Of a stretch of 64,000 nt of DNA, positions 1 through 13,415 are shown in pieces (within the stretch, counting starts at the first letter, position 1; every line of letters starts with the position of its first letter). Under the pieces are notes generated by a model. That model saw only the letters and a list, made by a program, of their open reading frames with translations, ran no database searches and was not told the DNA's origin. Where the stretch lies: NCBI RefSeq assembly GCF_009834535.1, contig NC_045707.1, positions 54,934,001 through 54,998,000 on the forward strand. Reading direction: 5' to 3'. The translations under genes were made by a program, and so were the position numbers. This DNA comes from Camelus ferus (Eukaryota).

Positions 1-31
1 CTATATCTATCCATCATCCATTTATCTAATC

Positions 32-120
<89 letters not shown>

Positions 121-150
121 ATCTATCTTCCATCATTATCTACCTACCTA
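1..150. repeat. Compound microsatellite (TCTA)n/(TC)n
   Basis: Directly visible tandem TCTA then TC units. Confidence 0.95.
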
Positions 151-169
151 TATGCCTATATTTATTCTT

Positions 170-1570
170 CAGAATTATCTATTGCTTTCTGGTTTTTAAT
201 ATTTTTTCTTGAGAGCTGAGAGTCTTACTGTTGCTTTTTTCCCACTAACATATATTTTTGAGGGGTCCTTTTAAAGATATTTCTGTCTGTAGCCATTCTG
301 TTATTGTATGCTGAGGGGGTGTTTTTTTAATTTTTTTGTTTTTTTGTATTTGTAACAATTTGAGTTTGTAGAGCCCCTTGCATTTCTGAGTTGATTTTTT
401 TTTATCAGATTGGGCAAATTATTGGTCACTGTTTCTTCATACATTTTCTCTATGCCATTTTTTCTCTCTTCTAATACTCCAATTACACTTATATTTGACC
501 TTGCCACAGTTTTCTGTAAGTGTTTTTTGTTATTTCCTTCTGTAACTCAGTTTGGATAGTTTGTATTAATCTGCTTAAATTTTTGATAAACTCATTAACT
601 GTTTATTTTATTTTCAACTCTAGAAAACATACTTAATTTATTTTTAAAAATTCCATGTTTTTCTCTATTTTCTACATATTAATCATATTTATATTAAAAA
701 CATTGTCTGCTAAGTACAAATAAAATCCATTATACTAAAACCGCTATTGACTTTTTTTTTCTTCTAGATTTTTTTGTCCTATAATTCTTTAAAAAAATTC
801 TGATAATATTTTATTGAGTGCTAGATAAGCATTGGTATGAGAAAAATTTTAAGGACACAGATGAAATTATCTTCCTCTAGAAAGGGCTCTCACTTTCTTC
901 TTTAGCATAAGACAGAGTGTGAGCTGAATTCTGAATCCAGTCAAAGACTGAGCTTAGTCAAACCAGGATGCAGTTCGGTTAGGCTCTTTACTATGATTTA
1001 CCCACCTTTTAAAAGATAAGGTCCTCCTGAGCTCTCAGATAAGGGTCTTGCTTATTTGTTGTTTTGTTTTTGTTTTTTAAACAAGGACCTTTTCTTCTAT
1101 TGGGTGATTAGCTCTTTCCTATCACAGAACTATGGAAAATTGTTTTGCAATTGAGAGATTTTTCTTGTTTCTAGAATTCTGATGCATACACATCAGAATT
1201 TGTCAGCTATCTCTAGGGGCACCACTCAAGTGTATTAGGTGTTTTAAGTTTCAGCTGTATTGCTCTCTCTGATGAAAGTTCCTGGATTTCTCTAACAAAG
1301 TTCCTCTGTTCAAGTTTACCCCGGACCCTGTATTCTGGGCCTCTTGCACTTGCCCAGAAACAGCAAACACTCCAGGAAAAAAAGCAACTGCAGATAATAG
1401 GTTTTATGCTTCAGGTTTCTCTCTTTTTCAAAATCTTAGCCTGTCTGGTTTTCCCTGTTTCTGTAGCTCTCTGATGCTTTTAAGTAAATTATTTCTTTGT
1501 TTTATTTAGCTTTTATAGTTGTTGTCTATGTGAACATTGATCTGTCGCAAATTATTCCATTCTAACCATA
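170..1570 (-). mobile_element. Ancient L1M fragment(s), 5'/ORF1 region
   Basis: Minus-strand ORF 301..507 (NISVIGVLEERKNGIEKMYEETVTNNLPNL) resembles the L1 ORF1 'IGVPE...IFEEI..ENFPNL' motif; T-rich antisense L1 composition. Confidence 0.65.
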
Positions 1571-1624
1571 AGCAGAAATGCTTCCTACTTTTAAGATTCA
1601 TTTCCATATACAAATTATGTGAAG

Positions 1625-1835
1625 CTCGAATGCTTGATTTTGAATCTTGAATTTACCCATCACTGTTTACATGACCAAGAAAAAGTAATTCAATCTCATA
1701 TCATCTCAACTCCTAATTGTGTAAGCAAGAGAAAATCTACCAACTGATAGATGTGTTATGAGAATTAGTTAATACATAGAAAGTGCTTGAAATAGTGGCA
1801 GCCTTATTTTAAGTCCTAAATAATATATTAGCTAT
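1625..1835 (+). mobile_element. MIR SINE
   Basis: MIR core-like gttatgagaattagttaatacatagaaagtgcttgaaatagtgg. Confidence 0.65.
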
Positions 1836-3389
1836 TCTTATTGCTTTTATTTTTGTTGTTTAAATCATGAAGTTAGCATATATATGTGGCTGTTTTAGGA
1901 TAATACAATTCAGAAGTTTAATTTAGTTCTAAAAATATTTATTAAAGAAGTGGCATGGGCAAGGCCTAGTAGCATAATTGCTATGCACTGTAGTGATCAA
2001 GATGAAAGTAAATGCTGTCTCAGGAAGTACATGCATTAGCAGAGTACTTGTGCAAAGAACAGTAAGTTCTGTAAGAAAAGCAAAAGCAAAGATAAGTTTA
2101 GAGGCAGAGCAGAGAAAGTTGCCCCTCCTCATCAGATGTTAGATTAACCTATTGGCAGCTCAGAAGATAAGTACAAATAGTCCTACCTGCTCAAGCCATT
2201 TTAAATACTCTCCCTAATAAGTTCTGCTTGTGTAGAATGGAAGTTTTAATTACCCAAATGCTGCCCCTAAGCACAAACTAGGTTCCTGAAATATCTTTGA
2301 ATTGGCTCATTGACTGCATTGAATATGCTGCTCAGAACCGACAGAGAAACTGCCACGGAAGAACTTGGCTGTAAAGCAAATTACATTTTTAAAAAGTTTC
2401 AGAAGTGTTTATTCCAACCTGTTTAAGAGTCTCTTAATTGTCTTCCTCTGAATGAAAGTCTCATTAAAGTGCATGTGAATATTCAGCATTTTTAAAGCAA
2501 TAGTTTCCTTGTCCACCTTTGTATTTTTACAGAATTTATATTCTGAATGAATTTGGCTAGTGTCAGTTTAAATGGGGTTGAATATATTTAGACTAATACT
2601 TGTGAACAATTCAATGATTGTCTTCTTCTAGTGAACCACAGACTTGCTGGTTGCTTTTAACAAGGGAGAAAATGAGAAGGAGAAAAAAAAGTGTATTGAG
2701 ATAAGTTGAGGCAGAAATTTGTGTTATAGTATTAAAATTTCTTTTAAGCCGTATTCAAAAACATTTATCGAACACTAACTGTCTGCCAGAAATACTAGAA
2801 AAGAAAAACAACTAAATCAGTGTTAGTCTTTTTTTTTTTTTTTACCACTAGCCCCATTCTTCTTAAAATTCACATGTAAATCAAAAAGTGTTAACAACTT
2901 TAATGCTGCAAATGACTATATTGGTAATGTAGTTTATATGTTCCAGATAATTTAATACAAAGCTTATTTTATACTAATATTACAATAGGTATTAAATTTG
3001 TTAGCAAAACTATCTTTACAATGAAATATTGAAATTGCCAGTGAGAAAACTGGTCTTTATTTCAAGAAGAGTTTTTTAAACTATTAACAAATATCTTTTA
3101 AAAATTTCATCAAGATTGTTCTAAAATGTTTTATACACTTTTAAGTAAGCATCCATATATTTTACAATAAAAATATGAAAAGTAAATCAGAGAACTACTG
3201 AATTTAACCATCACAAATGTAACATAAAAGTTGAAATTGCAATACAGTAGCTTTGGTATAATAGGGACAATAGCTTAGATATGTATAATTTGTAAGGCAC
3301 TTATTTTTAAGGATATGGCTTGCTACTTGTTCCATAACTCCAGCATCCTAGAATACACCCTTCCGATGCATCACATTATGAGAATATAA

Positions 3390-4330
3390 AAAAGAATGAG
3401 GGAGATGACTAAAGGAGGTTTTTGTAAGTAGGATATCTTTCAGAAAAGCAGGGCGACGGGCCCCTTTCCTATCCACTTCATTGGGGTAGTATCTACCTTT
3501 CAAAGACTATGAGGGTGGGACTTCTGTTAAGCTATTCAGAATATTTAATATGAGTATCATGTAGATTGAAGATGTACTGCATTGGAGATCTCATCCTGCT
3601 AAAGAAATTTAAGACAACTAGAGATAATCTGGAGAATTATTTTGAATTTGGAACGTTTAGAGTGCTGCTTTGCTGAGATCAGTTGGGCTGAACTCCCAGA
3701 ATTTGTAGCATACAGGTATGCATGACTGTTTCCCATGGAAGATATACTAGTCCCATGTGACTCTGTGGGATTGTCTTTGACTCTTCAGGCTGCCTCGAAA
3801 AGGTGAAGGCTCTCTACCAGCAAAAACCTAGATGTGAACTCCTAGAGCCTGAGGAAGGAGCCAAAAATGAGAACCAGAAGAAAATAAAAGCATTCCAGGG
3901 TTTAAAGAATTTCAGGATGGGGGGGCCTAGTGGGTAGGCCTTCTGAGGATTACTTGAAAATATCCCATAACAAAATCATGTTGAAACACTTACTAGCTCC
4001 ACAAAGAGCACAAGCCCAGCTTAAGATGCTGCTAACTTAAATATGAGCATTCTTTTTCCTTTTTAGAAAATTTAGAGATGACACCAACCACATACATCCT
4101 TTTCGTATGGTGAATTTGTAGCCAAAAGCTAGTCCAAGTTACACAAGGAGATAATGTTTAAAGAAAGCTCAGAGTTCAAATGATATTTTAGACTGAACTT
4201 TTTCTATTACTAATTGAATGAAATAGTAAGAGTGTTTGTGGCCTGTAAGAGTAAACTGAGCAAAAAAATGGAAAATAGGTATGGGTGATGATAAATGCAA
4301 GAGTCAGATAGATGATTAACTAAATTTCTT
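3390..4330. mobile_element. Possible ancient LTR (MamGypLTR/LTR8x-like)
   Basis: G/A-richer block with general resemblance to old Gypsy-derived LTRs; no diagnostic termini found. Confidence 0.25.
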
Positions 4331-4369
4331 AATTTTTTCTAGAAGATTGGCTAGAGTGATGGCTAGATT

Positions 4370-4860
4370 ACCATCTTGCTAAACAATTCCCCTATATTGC
4401 TTCATCTGTTGGGTGGGCCTTGATTTGTCTAAGTCTATGACAGTGATCTTCCTACACCCTAGCCCCTATTACAGGGATAAGGGACAGACAGTGACCTGAC
4501 CTTAAGTGAATCAGCACAGGACATTTCCCAACCAAACAGATATGCTGAGGTGATGTTAATCAGTCCAGTTCTCATGGCATCTGTTAGACATTCGTGGGTA
4601 AAAAGTATTTTCTCTCTCCATAGATTTGAGTGAGAAGGAATCTACCTTCAATTTTTGAGAGCCACCGTGAGATCATGAGAACAGCAAATAACGGGGGAAA
4701 ACCAAATATACACAGAGCATTCATGAGAGAGAGTCACAAAGATTTAGAGACATGGACCCAACTGAATTGACTGAAAAGTCTAACCTATGACATCAATTAA
4801 ACTCCTTTCTTATTTGGCCTGTTTGAGTTGGATTTTCTCTTATTTGTATCCAAAACATAC
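4370..4860 (+). mobile_element. MaLR LTR (MLT1J/K-like)
   Basis: 3' end caattaaactcctttcttatttggcctgtttgagttggattttctcttatttgtatccaaa typical of old MLT1. Confidence 0.6.
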
Positions 4861-5384
4861 TCATATAGATATGTTTACAGATTATAAAATAATGTTAAAT
4901 GTGACTTCAGGCAATTACACATGATCATGATTTCATATTAAAAGATATGTATAAAGAGGATTTCACAGCTAGCTGCTCCTTTAAGAGGGCAAAATAGCAG
5001 TATGTTTGATAGTGTCGGCAATGGAATTGTGTTCCTGAATTTCTGATTCAGTTTTTTTTTTTGAGCTGTTTCTTCATGTATCCAGTTTGAAATGGAAATA
5101 CCACTGGAAAAATCTGAGAAGCAATCCGTACCTTTCTCTGTAGTATGCCAGACTTAAAGAAAAAGAAAGTTTAGATGAGATTGATTTTCAACATGTGCAC
5201 TTATCTTGAAAGGACTGTCAGTGGAGGGTTATAATACTGCCAGTTGTCCTTAAATGGCTTCAGAGAGAAAGGCAAACAGCAAGACTAAGAATAATAAAGG
5301 AAAAACAGGGTAAAATTAAATTAAACTGTAAGACTTTATCCCCCTTTCTATTTTCCCCATATAAGATCAAGAGGACAGGTTCTG

Positions 5385-5891
5385 TATGAACTCCTATTGC
5401 TGCCGTTACCACAATTTATCAAAGATATAATGATTTAATACTCATTTATTGTCTCCATTTATGTAGGTGAGAAGTCCAAAGAAGCTTGAATAGATTCTCT
5501 ACATGGGGGATAAAATCAGTGTGCTAGATAGGGTTGCAGTTTTCATCCAGGTCTTGTAGTCCACCTCCAAATTCACTGATTGTTGGGAAAATTAATTTCC
5601 TTCTCCTAATTCCCATGAAGTCCTCCTTACCTTCAAATAAGCAACAGGAGATATGTCCTTCCTAGGCTTTTATTCTCTTATTTGCCTTCTGCTACTAGCC
5701 AGAGAAAGATCTCTACTTTTAAGGGTCCATGTAATTAGACTGAGTCTACTGGATAATTCATAATCTCCCTAATTTATGATCAACTGATTAGTAATTTTAA
5801 TTATATCTCTGAAGTCTCTTTTGCCATGTAACATAACATTCAAGGAATTCATGGAAGTAACACCAGTGGGTGAAGGTCATGGGACTACCAC
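5385..5891 (-). mobile_element. MaLR LTR (MLT1 family)
   Basis: Motifs ttttaagggtccatgtaattagactgagtctactggataat and ttttgccatgtaacataacattc; ends ctaccaca (reverse complement of the TGTGGTAG start). Confidence 0.8.
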
Positions 5892-7879
5892 AGGTTTTGT
5901 TTTGTTTTTATTTTTTGAGAGGAAACATGAGCATAATAGAATAAAAATCACTGATTATATTCTAATCTTGGTTTAATTACATGACAGTTCACTTATATGA
6001 GACAAATAAGCACTCTGAGTTTCATTTCCTTCACACTTTTGAAAAACAAATAAAAAATTGCCTTTATTAATTAATGCTTTACAAAATCAGATTTATATAA
6101 AAGCTTGATATTATTTCACATTCTTCCTAATGCATATTGCAGAATTTTATAAACATCATTTGCCAAATAAATCATTGAATCGCTACATCTGAAGGCCATA
6201 AAAAGGCCAACAACATAATAGATGACATTTGCTTGGAACTTTATATAAGTTTTATACTTAAAAATTCATATGAGATCTGTTTTTTTTCTAGTAACTGCCT
6301 TTTGCAAATTACAATATTTCGTGAGGCATTAAATATTTTTCATTTTTTTTAACAGTTCATCTTTGCAGAACACTCTGATGAACTAGAGCTCTTGACAAAG
6401 ATGACTCAGTAAACAATAGTCCAGTTGGAAGACAAAGTGTTAACAGACTTACCATCCATTCACACGTTACTCACTTTACTTAGGTCAACTTATTGTAGTA
6501 CAAGAGCTGTGATCAGAAAAACAATGAAGGATCTGACACAAAAGGCAAATTCTTTCTAAAATTAAAAAAATACGTATTTAACTATAGTTTTAATTATAAT
6601 ACAGAGACGCTTATGACCACATAAACTATGTTTTTAAAGAAAAATATTATACTGAACCCAACAACAGATCATGCTTTCTTTTTTCTCATGTTCAATTCTA
6701 GCCTTCCTGTAACTCCATGCACATCTTTCACAATTGTAATCACAATATACAGAAAATAATATATTTACTTCTCCTACCAAATGTTACATGGTAAACACTT
6801 TTCCATTTTTCTACATGACTCGACTCTGATAGTTGGCTAAGTCTATCAATTTCATGAAATGTAAAATTCCTTAGCTATTCTATTTTTGGACACTTTAGAT
6901 GATAGTATGTTTTTAATATAAATAAGGCTGAATATTTTGAAACAGTTATTTCTTTTTTAGAACAATATTAATTTCTAGAAATTAGATTATTTAGAAAGGT
7001 TTTGAACATTAAAAAGAAATTAGACAAATACTTTGAGAAAAATCCCTGGAGTAATTTTTTCAGAGGGCTTATTGGATACATCTTTTGTGGATATATGTGG
7101 ATTGTTTTGGCTGAAAAGATAAGGCCACCCACAGCACAGATTTGTTTTCAGACTCCATCTGTTTGGTATATATTGTGTAGATTAGAAAAAACTTCTGACC
7201 CCAGTGAGACAGAATGTTTAGTAATATTTCTATCATATTCTTCAATTTCTTTGTGAGTCACTCTCTCCAGATGCCTAACAAGATTGTGAGCTTTGCAAAA
7301 ACCTTTCAGAAATGGAATCTACATCTTAAAAAAGAGTAAGGATTAATGAACACATTGCATTCATCACAGAAATGCTACTTAAATACCAAATAATGGTTGG
7401 TATGTAGCAAGTGTGGAGTACAAGGCATGTGGACCGGACTTATGGTCTAAATCTTTGTGATGAAAGCAAACATCCCTGAATGTGAGGGGGTGGGGCGTTG
7501 TCTGCTTGTGTGTGTGAGAAAGACTATCTAAAATACTGTTGTACAAAATTTTTATCTGCATAGAAATTTTTGTATTATTGGTATAAGTTTGGACTAACTG
7601 ATTTAATGATGTGCTCTTTATCTTCAGTTCCATTTTATGAGTTGATTTAATTCTTCATTTAAGTTTTATTCCTAATTTAACAGCAAACAGTAATGAATTT
7701 GAAAGGTAGAATGTGACATTTCATTCAACTCAGAAATGACCTAAACCTATATTTTCATTAGTGTACTGAAAGCGTTTTTTTTTTTAAATTATGTTTTCCT
7801 TTCCTTTACTAATAGCACTGATTTTCTCTATTATTTCCTTAGCAGTTAATCATGTGTCATTTTGCACTATATATTGTAT

Positions 7880-8517
7880 TGAGACAGGAAGGGGCCAGGG
7901 CACAGCCATTCAAGGAATGATAGAGCAATTAACATCAAAATCGTGGAAGAGTCAACCCCCAGTAGGCCCTGAGGCTCAAGATGGTGGGAGGTTTCACTTC
8001 TAGCAGATCTTGAGCTTCATTATACGCCCATTGTAATATATTAACATGGTAAATAACATGCCCACAGGCACCATGACAGTCCCAAGGCTAGCCACAAAAG
8101 GTAAATGAGTGGGAAATGGCCAACTTCCTGGGAATCCCAGCCCCTTCTCCAGACTAGTTAGACTGTTCCTTGCACTTATTAGCATATGAAGCCACCAAGC
8201 CAAGGTGCCTCTCCCTCCCTACCCACAACCCCCCTACCCCCGCCCCAGTTTGGAGACGGCCTGCACTCTGCACTCTGTCTATGGAGTGTGTACCTACTTT
8301 TACTCTAATCTGAGCACCCAACCCCCACACCTTGTGGCCTTTCTCTTGGCTTTTGATGCATCTCTAAATAAATCTACTTTTACTCAACTGTGGCTCGCTC
8401 TTGAATTCTTTCCTGCATGAAGCCAAGGACCCACACTTGGTGGGGCATGTCCCAGGAGCTCAGCCAAAGCCTGGGACATGGCCCTTCTCACGCCCCACAT
8501 CCATTTTTCCTGCATCA
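7880..8517 (+). mobile_element. ERV1-class solo LTR, 638 bp
   Basis: TG...CA termini (tgagacagg...cctgcatca), 4-bp TSD GTAT at 7876-7879 and 8518-8521, TATA-like catatgaa at 8183, AATAAA near 8366, GC-richer than flanks. Confidence 0.9.
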
Positions 8518-8739
8518 GTATTGTTATTTTTAGTATTATTAGTATTGTTAACTCAATTTATTTTTGAATGCTCTTAATGGAAAGGAAGAACATATGAAAA
8601 TAAGCCCAACTTTGCTAGCAGTTAAGAATTTGCCCAATATTTTGGAGGCTCCAGAAGGTAATTTTAATAGATGTTCACTAAGCTTTCTTCTAGTTTTAAA
8701 TCCGTGACATTTATGAATCCTTTTGATTTATTTTTCAAC

Positions 8740-8850
8740 ATGATTATAAATTTCTTGGTGGAAGGGACTGTGAATTAAATGCCACTGTAAACCACACAGT
8801 GCCCAACAGAATGTCTTATACACAGTAAGTGCCCAATAAATGACGGTTGA
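8740..8850 (+). mobile_element. L2 3' end
   Basis: cacagtgcccaacag...cacagtaagtgcccaataaatg...ttga L2 terminus. Confidence 0.7.
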
Positions 8851-9433
8851 TATTGTCAGGGAATTAACTAAATGATGAGAGCAGAACTTTTATGTAGGGT
8901 TTATCAACTTTGTCACTTTTCATTCTGCTTTGGTTTCAAACCACTTTGTCTTCTATTGACAAATGTTTTTTAGACCAACAATTTCCTGATTGCTTGTCAA
9001 TAATTTGGTCAGGCTTACAGAAGAAAGTCAATAAGCTTTTTTCTGACTCTACCTTTATTTTAAATATCCAATTTTCATGTAAACATACAAATACGAATAT
9101 TAAGTTTTTAGTCAAATAGTTCCACCAGAAAACATTTGCTTCAGGTGGAATAGAAATTCACTTTACTCCTAAAATAATTTGGTATCAGAGTTATTACACA
9201 TTGGTACTTTCTATTATACACTGATATTTTCTTTCTATTACATATTGGCATCTTTACTGGTCTATAGACATCTTCTGGCATTTATTTTACCTTCTACTTT
9301 TACACAAGATTGGGAAATAGGCATGGTTTTTATTAAGCTTGATCATTTTTCTTAAAACTGTGTTTCTTAACGTGGATTGTTCTTCAGGTTTAATCTTATG
9401 GAAATATGACTACAGAAGTCTTAAGTGTCTATA

Positions 9434-9474
<41 letters not shown>
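9434..9474. repeat. (TA)n(GA)n microsatellite
   Basis: Directly visible. Confidence 0.95.
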
Positions 9475-9477
<3 letters not shown>

Positions 9478-9539
9478 TTTTGAACTGATTTTAAGTCCTA
9501 TATTAATACCTGAATATTATTATGTTACTGTTTTGCTGA

Positions 9540-10170
9540 CAATGCACCATCCTATTTCTCCTCTCACTTAAACGCTTTATCTCTTCATCAGCTCCTCCTC
9601 TTCATCTTGATGCCAATCCTGGGCATCTTGTATGACCAAAGGCATGGTCTGTTGATCTTTTCCTGTTCTACTTTCAGTGAGAAATAATCTCATATGCTTT
9701 CAGATTGTGCATTTATAGAAATAATTTTTGAATATGGTTCTACTGCTGATTAATCTTAAGTCTCATGTTCATTTCTGAAATAGAAAACTCTAATGCAGGA
9801 TCTCTCTCACCTCAGATTTATAATATCAAAAACAAAGTCATCATTTTTCCCTCACAAATGGAATTCTTCTTATATAATTTATTTTTATATTTTTTCTTAT
9901 ATAATTTTGCTAAATGCTGTAGATGTTATACCAATATTCCAGATCAAACACTGAAATTCATAGTTAATGCCTCCTTCTCTTTCAACCAAGGAACTGCTAG
10001 TTATCATTTACAACAAGTATCAAGTACACTACTTCTTTTCCAGTCTCACTTTTATTACTCTTATGTAGATCCTAATGAAACTAGGCTTGAATTGCTGGAA
10101 AAAATTACAACTAATCTTTTTAGACTCTACACTCTCCTTTCATTTAAATGTATTCAGTTACTTGATGCCT
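9540..10170 (+). mobile_element. Degenerate L2 fragment
   Basis: Pyrimidine-rich L2-like text (ctgaaattcatagttaatgcctccttctctttc...ctaggcttgaattgctg...aactaatct). Confidence 0.45.
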
Positions 10171-10186
10171 GGTAAATAACTGGGAA

Positions 10187-10220
10187 GTTTTGTTTTTGTT
10201 TTTGTTTTTGTTTTTGTTTT
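10187..10220. repeat. (GTTTTT)n simple repeat
   Basis: Directly visible. Confidence 0.9.
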
Positions 10221-10934
10221 AATTAATAGTAGCTCTTAAAATGTGAGATGGCTGTGAAAACAGTTCAAGGCTATCACATGTATAAGAAATTCCAAATATT
10301 TAAAAATGATTAGAGAGGAGTGTAAGATGGTGATTCAGGAAGACCCTGAGGTCCCCTCTTCCCACGGACACACTGAATCTACACCTGAATATAGAGCAGT
10401 TCCTCCTGAAGAAGACTTGGGTGCTGATTGAACAGCTGTTGTATATATAAGAACACATAGAAACAGTTAGAAAAGATGAAGCCATGGTATCCACGAGAAC
10501 CTCACCCCCATGCCGTGAACTGCAGTAGAGAAGGATGTAGCTGAGGGGTTAGACTGCAAACTGCCTGCCTTAGGGCACAGCACAAAACCAGCAGTTTAAA
10601 GGAAACCTAGGACTATCCAAGAAGGAAGTCTACTTACAAACCCTAGAGCTTTTGCCAAATGGGAAGGGAAGTTTTGGAGTCCTCTCTGGGGTTGGACTCT
10701 CTCTGGACTGTGCTTACTCCAGCCCCAACTGTCCTGCAAAGGACGCCTCAAGAGCAGAGCTCCCCAGGGACGGCCCCTGGCCCATGCCTTTTCCAGCCCC
10801 AGCCAGCCTGTCAAATCTGCCAGGTGCAAGCAGTCTACATAGGGGATGCTCCCACACAAAGCCACTCCTTCAGGACAAGGAAAGGTAGCTGTTTTCACCT
10901 AATACATAGAAACAAAACCTGAAAATCAAACAAA

Positions 10935-11769
10935 ATGAGGAGACAGAGGAATATTTTCCAAACAGAATGATAAAAAAAACCCGAGTGGGAGGAGGGGACT
11001 AATGAAACAGAAATAAGTAATGTATCTGATGGAGAGTTCAAATAAATGCTCATAAGGATCCTTATTGAACTCCACAGAAGAATGGAGGAACTCAATGAGA
11101 ACTTCAACAAAGACTTAGAAAATATAACTGAACTAAAGAATAAAATACATTAAAGGGTGTCAGTAGCAAATTTGATATATGAAAGAATGGATCAGTGATA
11201 GATACAATAGTAAAAATCATTCAATCAGAATAGCAAGAAAAAAAGAATTTTAAAAAGGTGAGTTTAATAGACTTCTGGGACATTATCAGGTACATATGTG
11301 TTATAGGGGTCCCAGAAGATGAAGAGAGAGAAAGAGGAACAGAAAACTTATTTGAGCAAATATTGGCTAAAAATTTCCCTAATCTGGGAAAGGAAACAAA
11401 CATTCAGGTACAGAAAGCACAGAAAGTCCAAAACAAGATAAACCAAATAAGAACCACACCAAGATTCATTACAATAAAAATGGCAAAAGTTAAAGAGAAT
11501 TTTAAAGGAAGCAAGAGAAAACAACCAACCACCTGCAGGGGAAACCCCATAAGACTCTCAGCTGATTTTTCAGCAGAAAGTTTATAGACCAGAAGGGAGT
11601 GGCAGGACATAGTTAAAGTTTTGAGAGGAAAAAAAAAGCTTATAATCTAGAATATTCTATCCAGCAAAATTATTCAGAATGAAGAAGAGATAGTTCCACC
11701 AAGCAAAAACTAAAGGAGTTCTTCACCACTAAATAGGCCTTACAATAAATGATGAAGGGTCTTCTTCAA
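10935..11769 (+). pseudogene. L1 ORF1p remnant with stops and frameshifts
   Basis: Starts MRRQRNIFQTE then stop; ORF 11258..11587 has IGVPEDEERE..ENLFEQILAKNFPNL..TTPRFITIKM..PIRLSADFSAE. Confidence 0.9.
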
Positions 11770-11949
11770 GCAGAAAAATGTCCACAACTAGAAATAAGGA
11801 AGTACTACTATTAAAGTAAAGGCAGTGGATCAGCCACTTAAAAAACCTAGTATGACAGTTAAAAGAAAAAAGTAGTACAAACATTTACAACTACAATAAG
11901 TAGTTAAGAGATGCATAACGTAAAAATGATGTAAAGTATACGTCACAAA

Positions 11950-12660
11950 AATCAGATAAGGAGCTAATATCCAAAACATATAAAGAACTCATACAACTCA
12001 GTATATATATATATATTTTTTAAATCCCAACCCTTTTTAGAAAAGGGATAGAGGGCCTGAATGGACTCTTTTCCAGAGAAGATATACAGACGGCCAACAG
12101 GCACATGGAAAGGTTTTTAACAAGTGTAATCAGAGAAATGAAAATCAAATCCACATTGACAACCACCTCACACCTGTCAGAATGACTGTTATTAAAAAGA
12201 CAAGACACAACAAGTTTAGGGTAGGATATGGAGAAAAAGGAATACTTGCACTGTTGGTGGGAATGTAAATTGGGGCAACCACTATGGGAAACAGTATGGA
12301 GGTTCCTCAGAAAACTAAAAATAGAACTACCATATTGTCAAGCAACTCCACTTCTGGATATTTATCCAGAGATAACAAAAACAGTAATTTGCAAAGATAT
12401 CTTTACACCTATGTTTGTTGCAGCACTATTTACAATAGCAAAGATACAGAAGTAACCTGAGTGTCTACTGATAGATGAATGGTTAAAGAAAATGTAGGTA
12501 TACACACACACACAGATACACAGTGGAATACTATTCAGCCATAATAAAGAATAAAATCTTACTGTTTGTGGCAGCATGGATGGCTCTGCAGGATATTACG
12601 CTAAGTAAAATAAGTTAGGCAGAGATAAACAAATATCATATTATTTCACTTTATATGGAG
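11950..12660 (+). pseudogene. L1 ORF2p C-terminal remnant
   Basis: atcagataaggagctaatatccaaaacatataaagaactc onward; ORF 12228..12455 contains the Cys-rich HCWWECKL motif. Confidence 0.9.
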
Positions 12661-12907
12661 TCTAAAAAAGAAAACAAAGAAAATAAAACAAAACTGAAAC
12701 AGACTCAGATACAGAGATAAAACTGGTGTTTGCCAGAGGGGAGGTGGGTGGAGTTTGGACAAAAGGTGAAGGGGATTAAGAGGTATAAATTTCCAGCTGT
12801 AAAATAAATGTCATAGGGATGCAATATGTACATAGGGAATAGGGTCAATAATATTGTAACAACTTTGTATGGTGACAGATGGTAACTGATCTTATTGTGG
12901 TCATTTT

Positions 12908-13369
12908 TTCTTTTAATTTTTAATTTTTCATCCTTGTTTATTGAATCATAGTTGATTTGCAATGCTGTGTTAGTTTCAGGTATACAGAAGAATAATTCAG
13001 TATTTTTGCAGATCATAATCCATTACAGGTTATTATAAGATAATGGATATGACTATACAGTAAATCCTTGTTGCTCATCTATTTTTATGCATAGTAGTGT
13101 GCGTTGTTAATTCCATACCTCTAATTTGTTGCTCCTCCTCTCTTTCCCTCCTTTGTTAACCACAAGTTTGTTTTCTATGTCTGTGAATCTGCTTCTATTT
13201 TGTATATATTCATTTGTATTATTTTTAAGATTCCACATATAAGTGATATAATACAGTACTTGTCTTGGTCTGACTTATTTTACTGAGCATAATTTTCTCT
13301 AGGTCCATCCATGTTGCTGCAAATGGCAATATTTCATTATTTTTATGGTTGAGTAATATTCTATTTGTT

Positions 13370-13415
<46 letters not shown>
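12908..13415 (-). mobile_element. 5'-truncated younger L1 3' end nested in the host L1 3'UTR
   Basis: T-rich tail at left, ttgaatcatagttgatttgcaatgctgtgttagtttcaggtatacag, aaccacaagtttgttttctatgtctgtga; TSD gtggtcatttt (12897-12907) / gtgatcatttt (13416-13426); includes (GT)n at ~13379-13406. Confidence 0.88.

Noticed and set aside
9765..10175. 136-aa ORF
   Set aside because: Lies in a degenerate L2-like region with no protein motif
10596..10922. Overlapping GC-rich ORFs on both strands
   Set aside because: Fall within the L1 5'UTR; open because of GC content, with no evidence for an ORF0-like product
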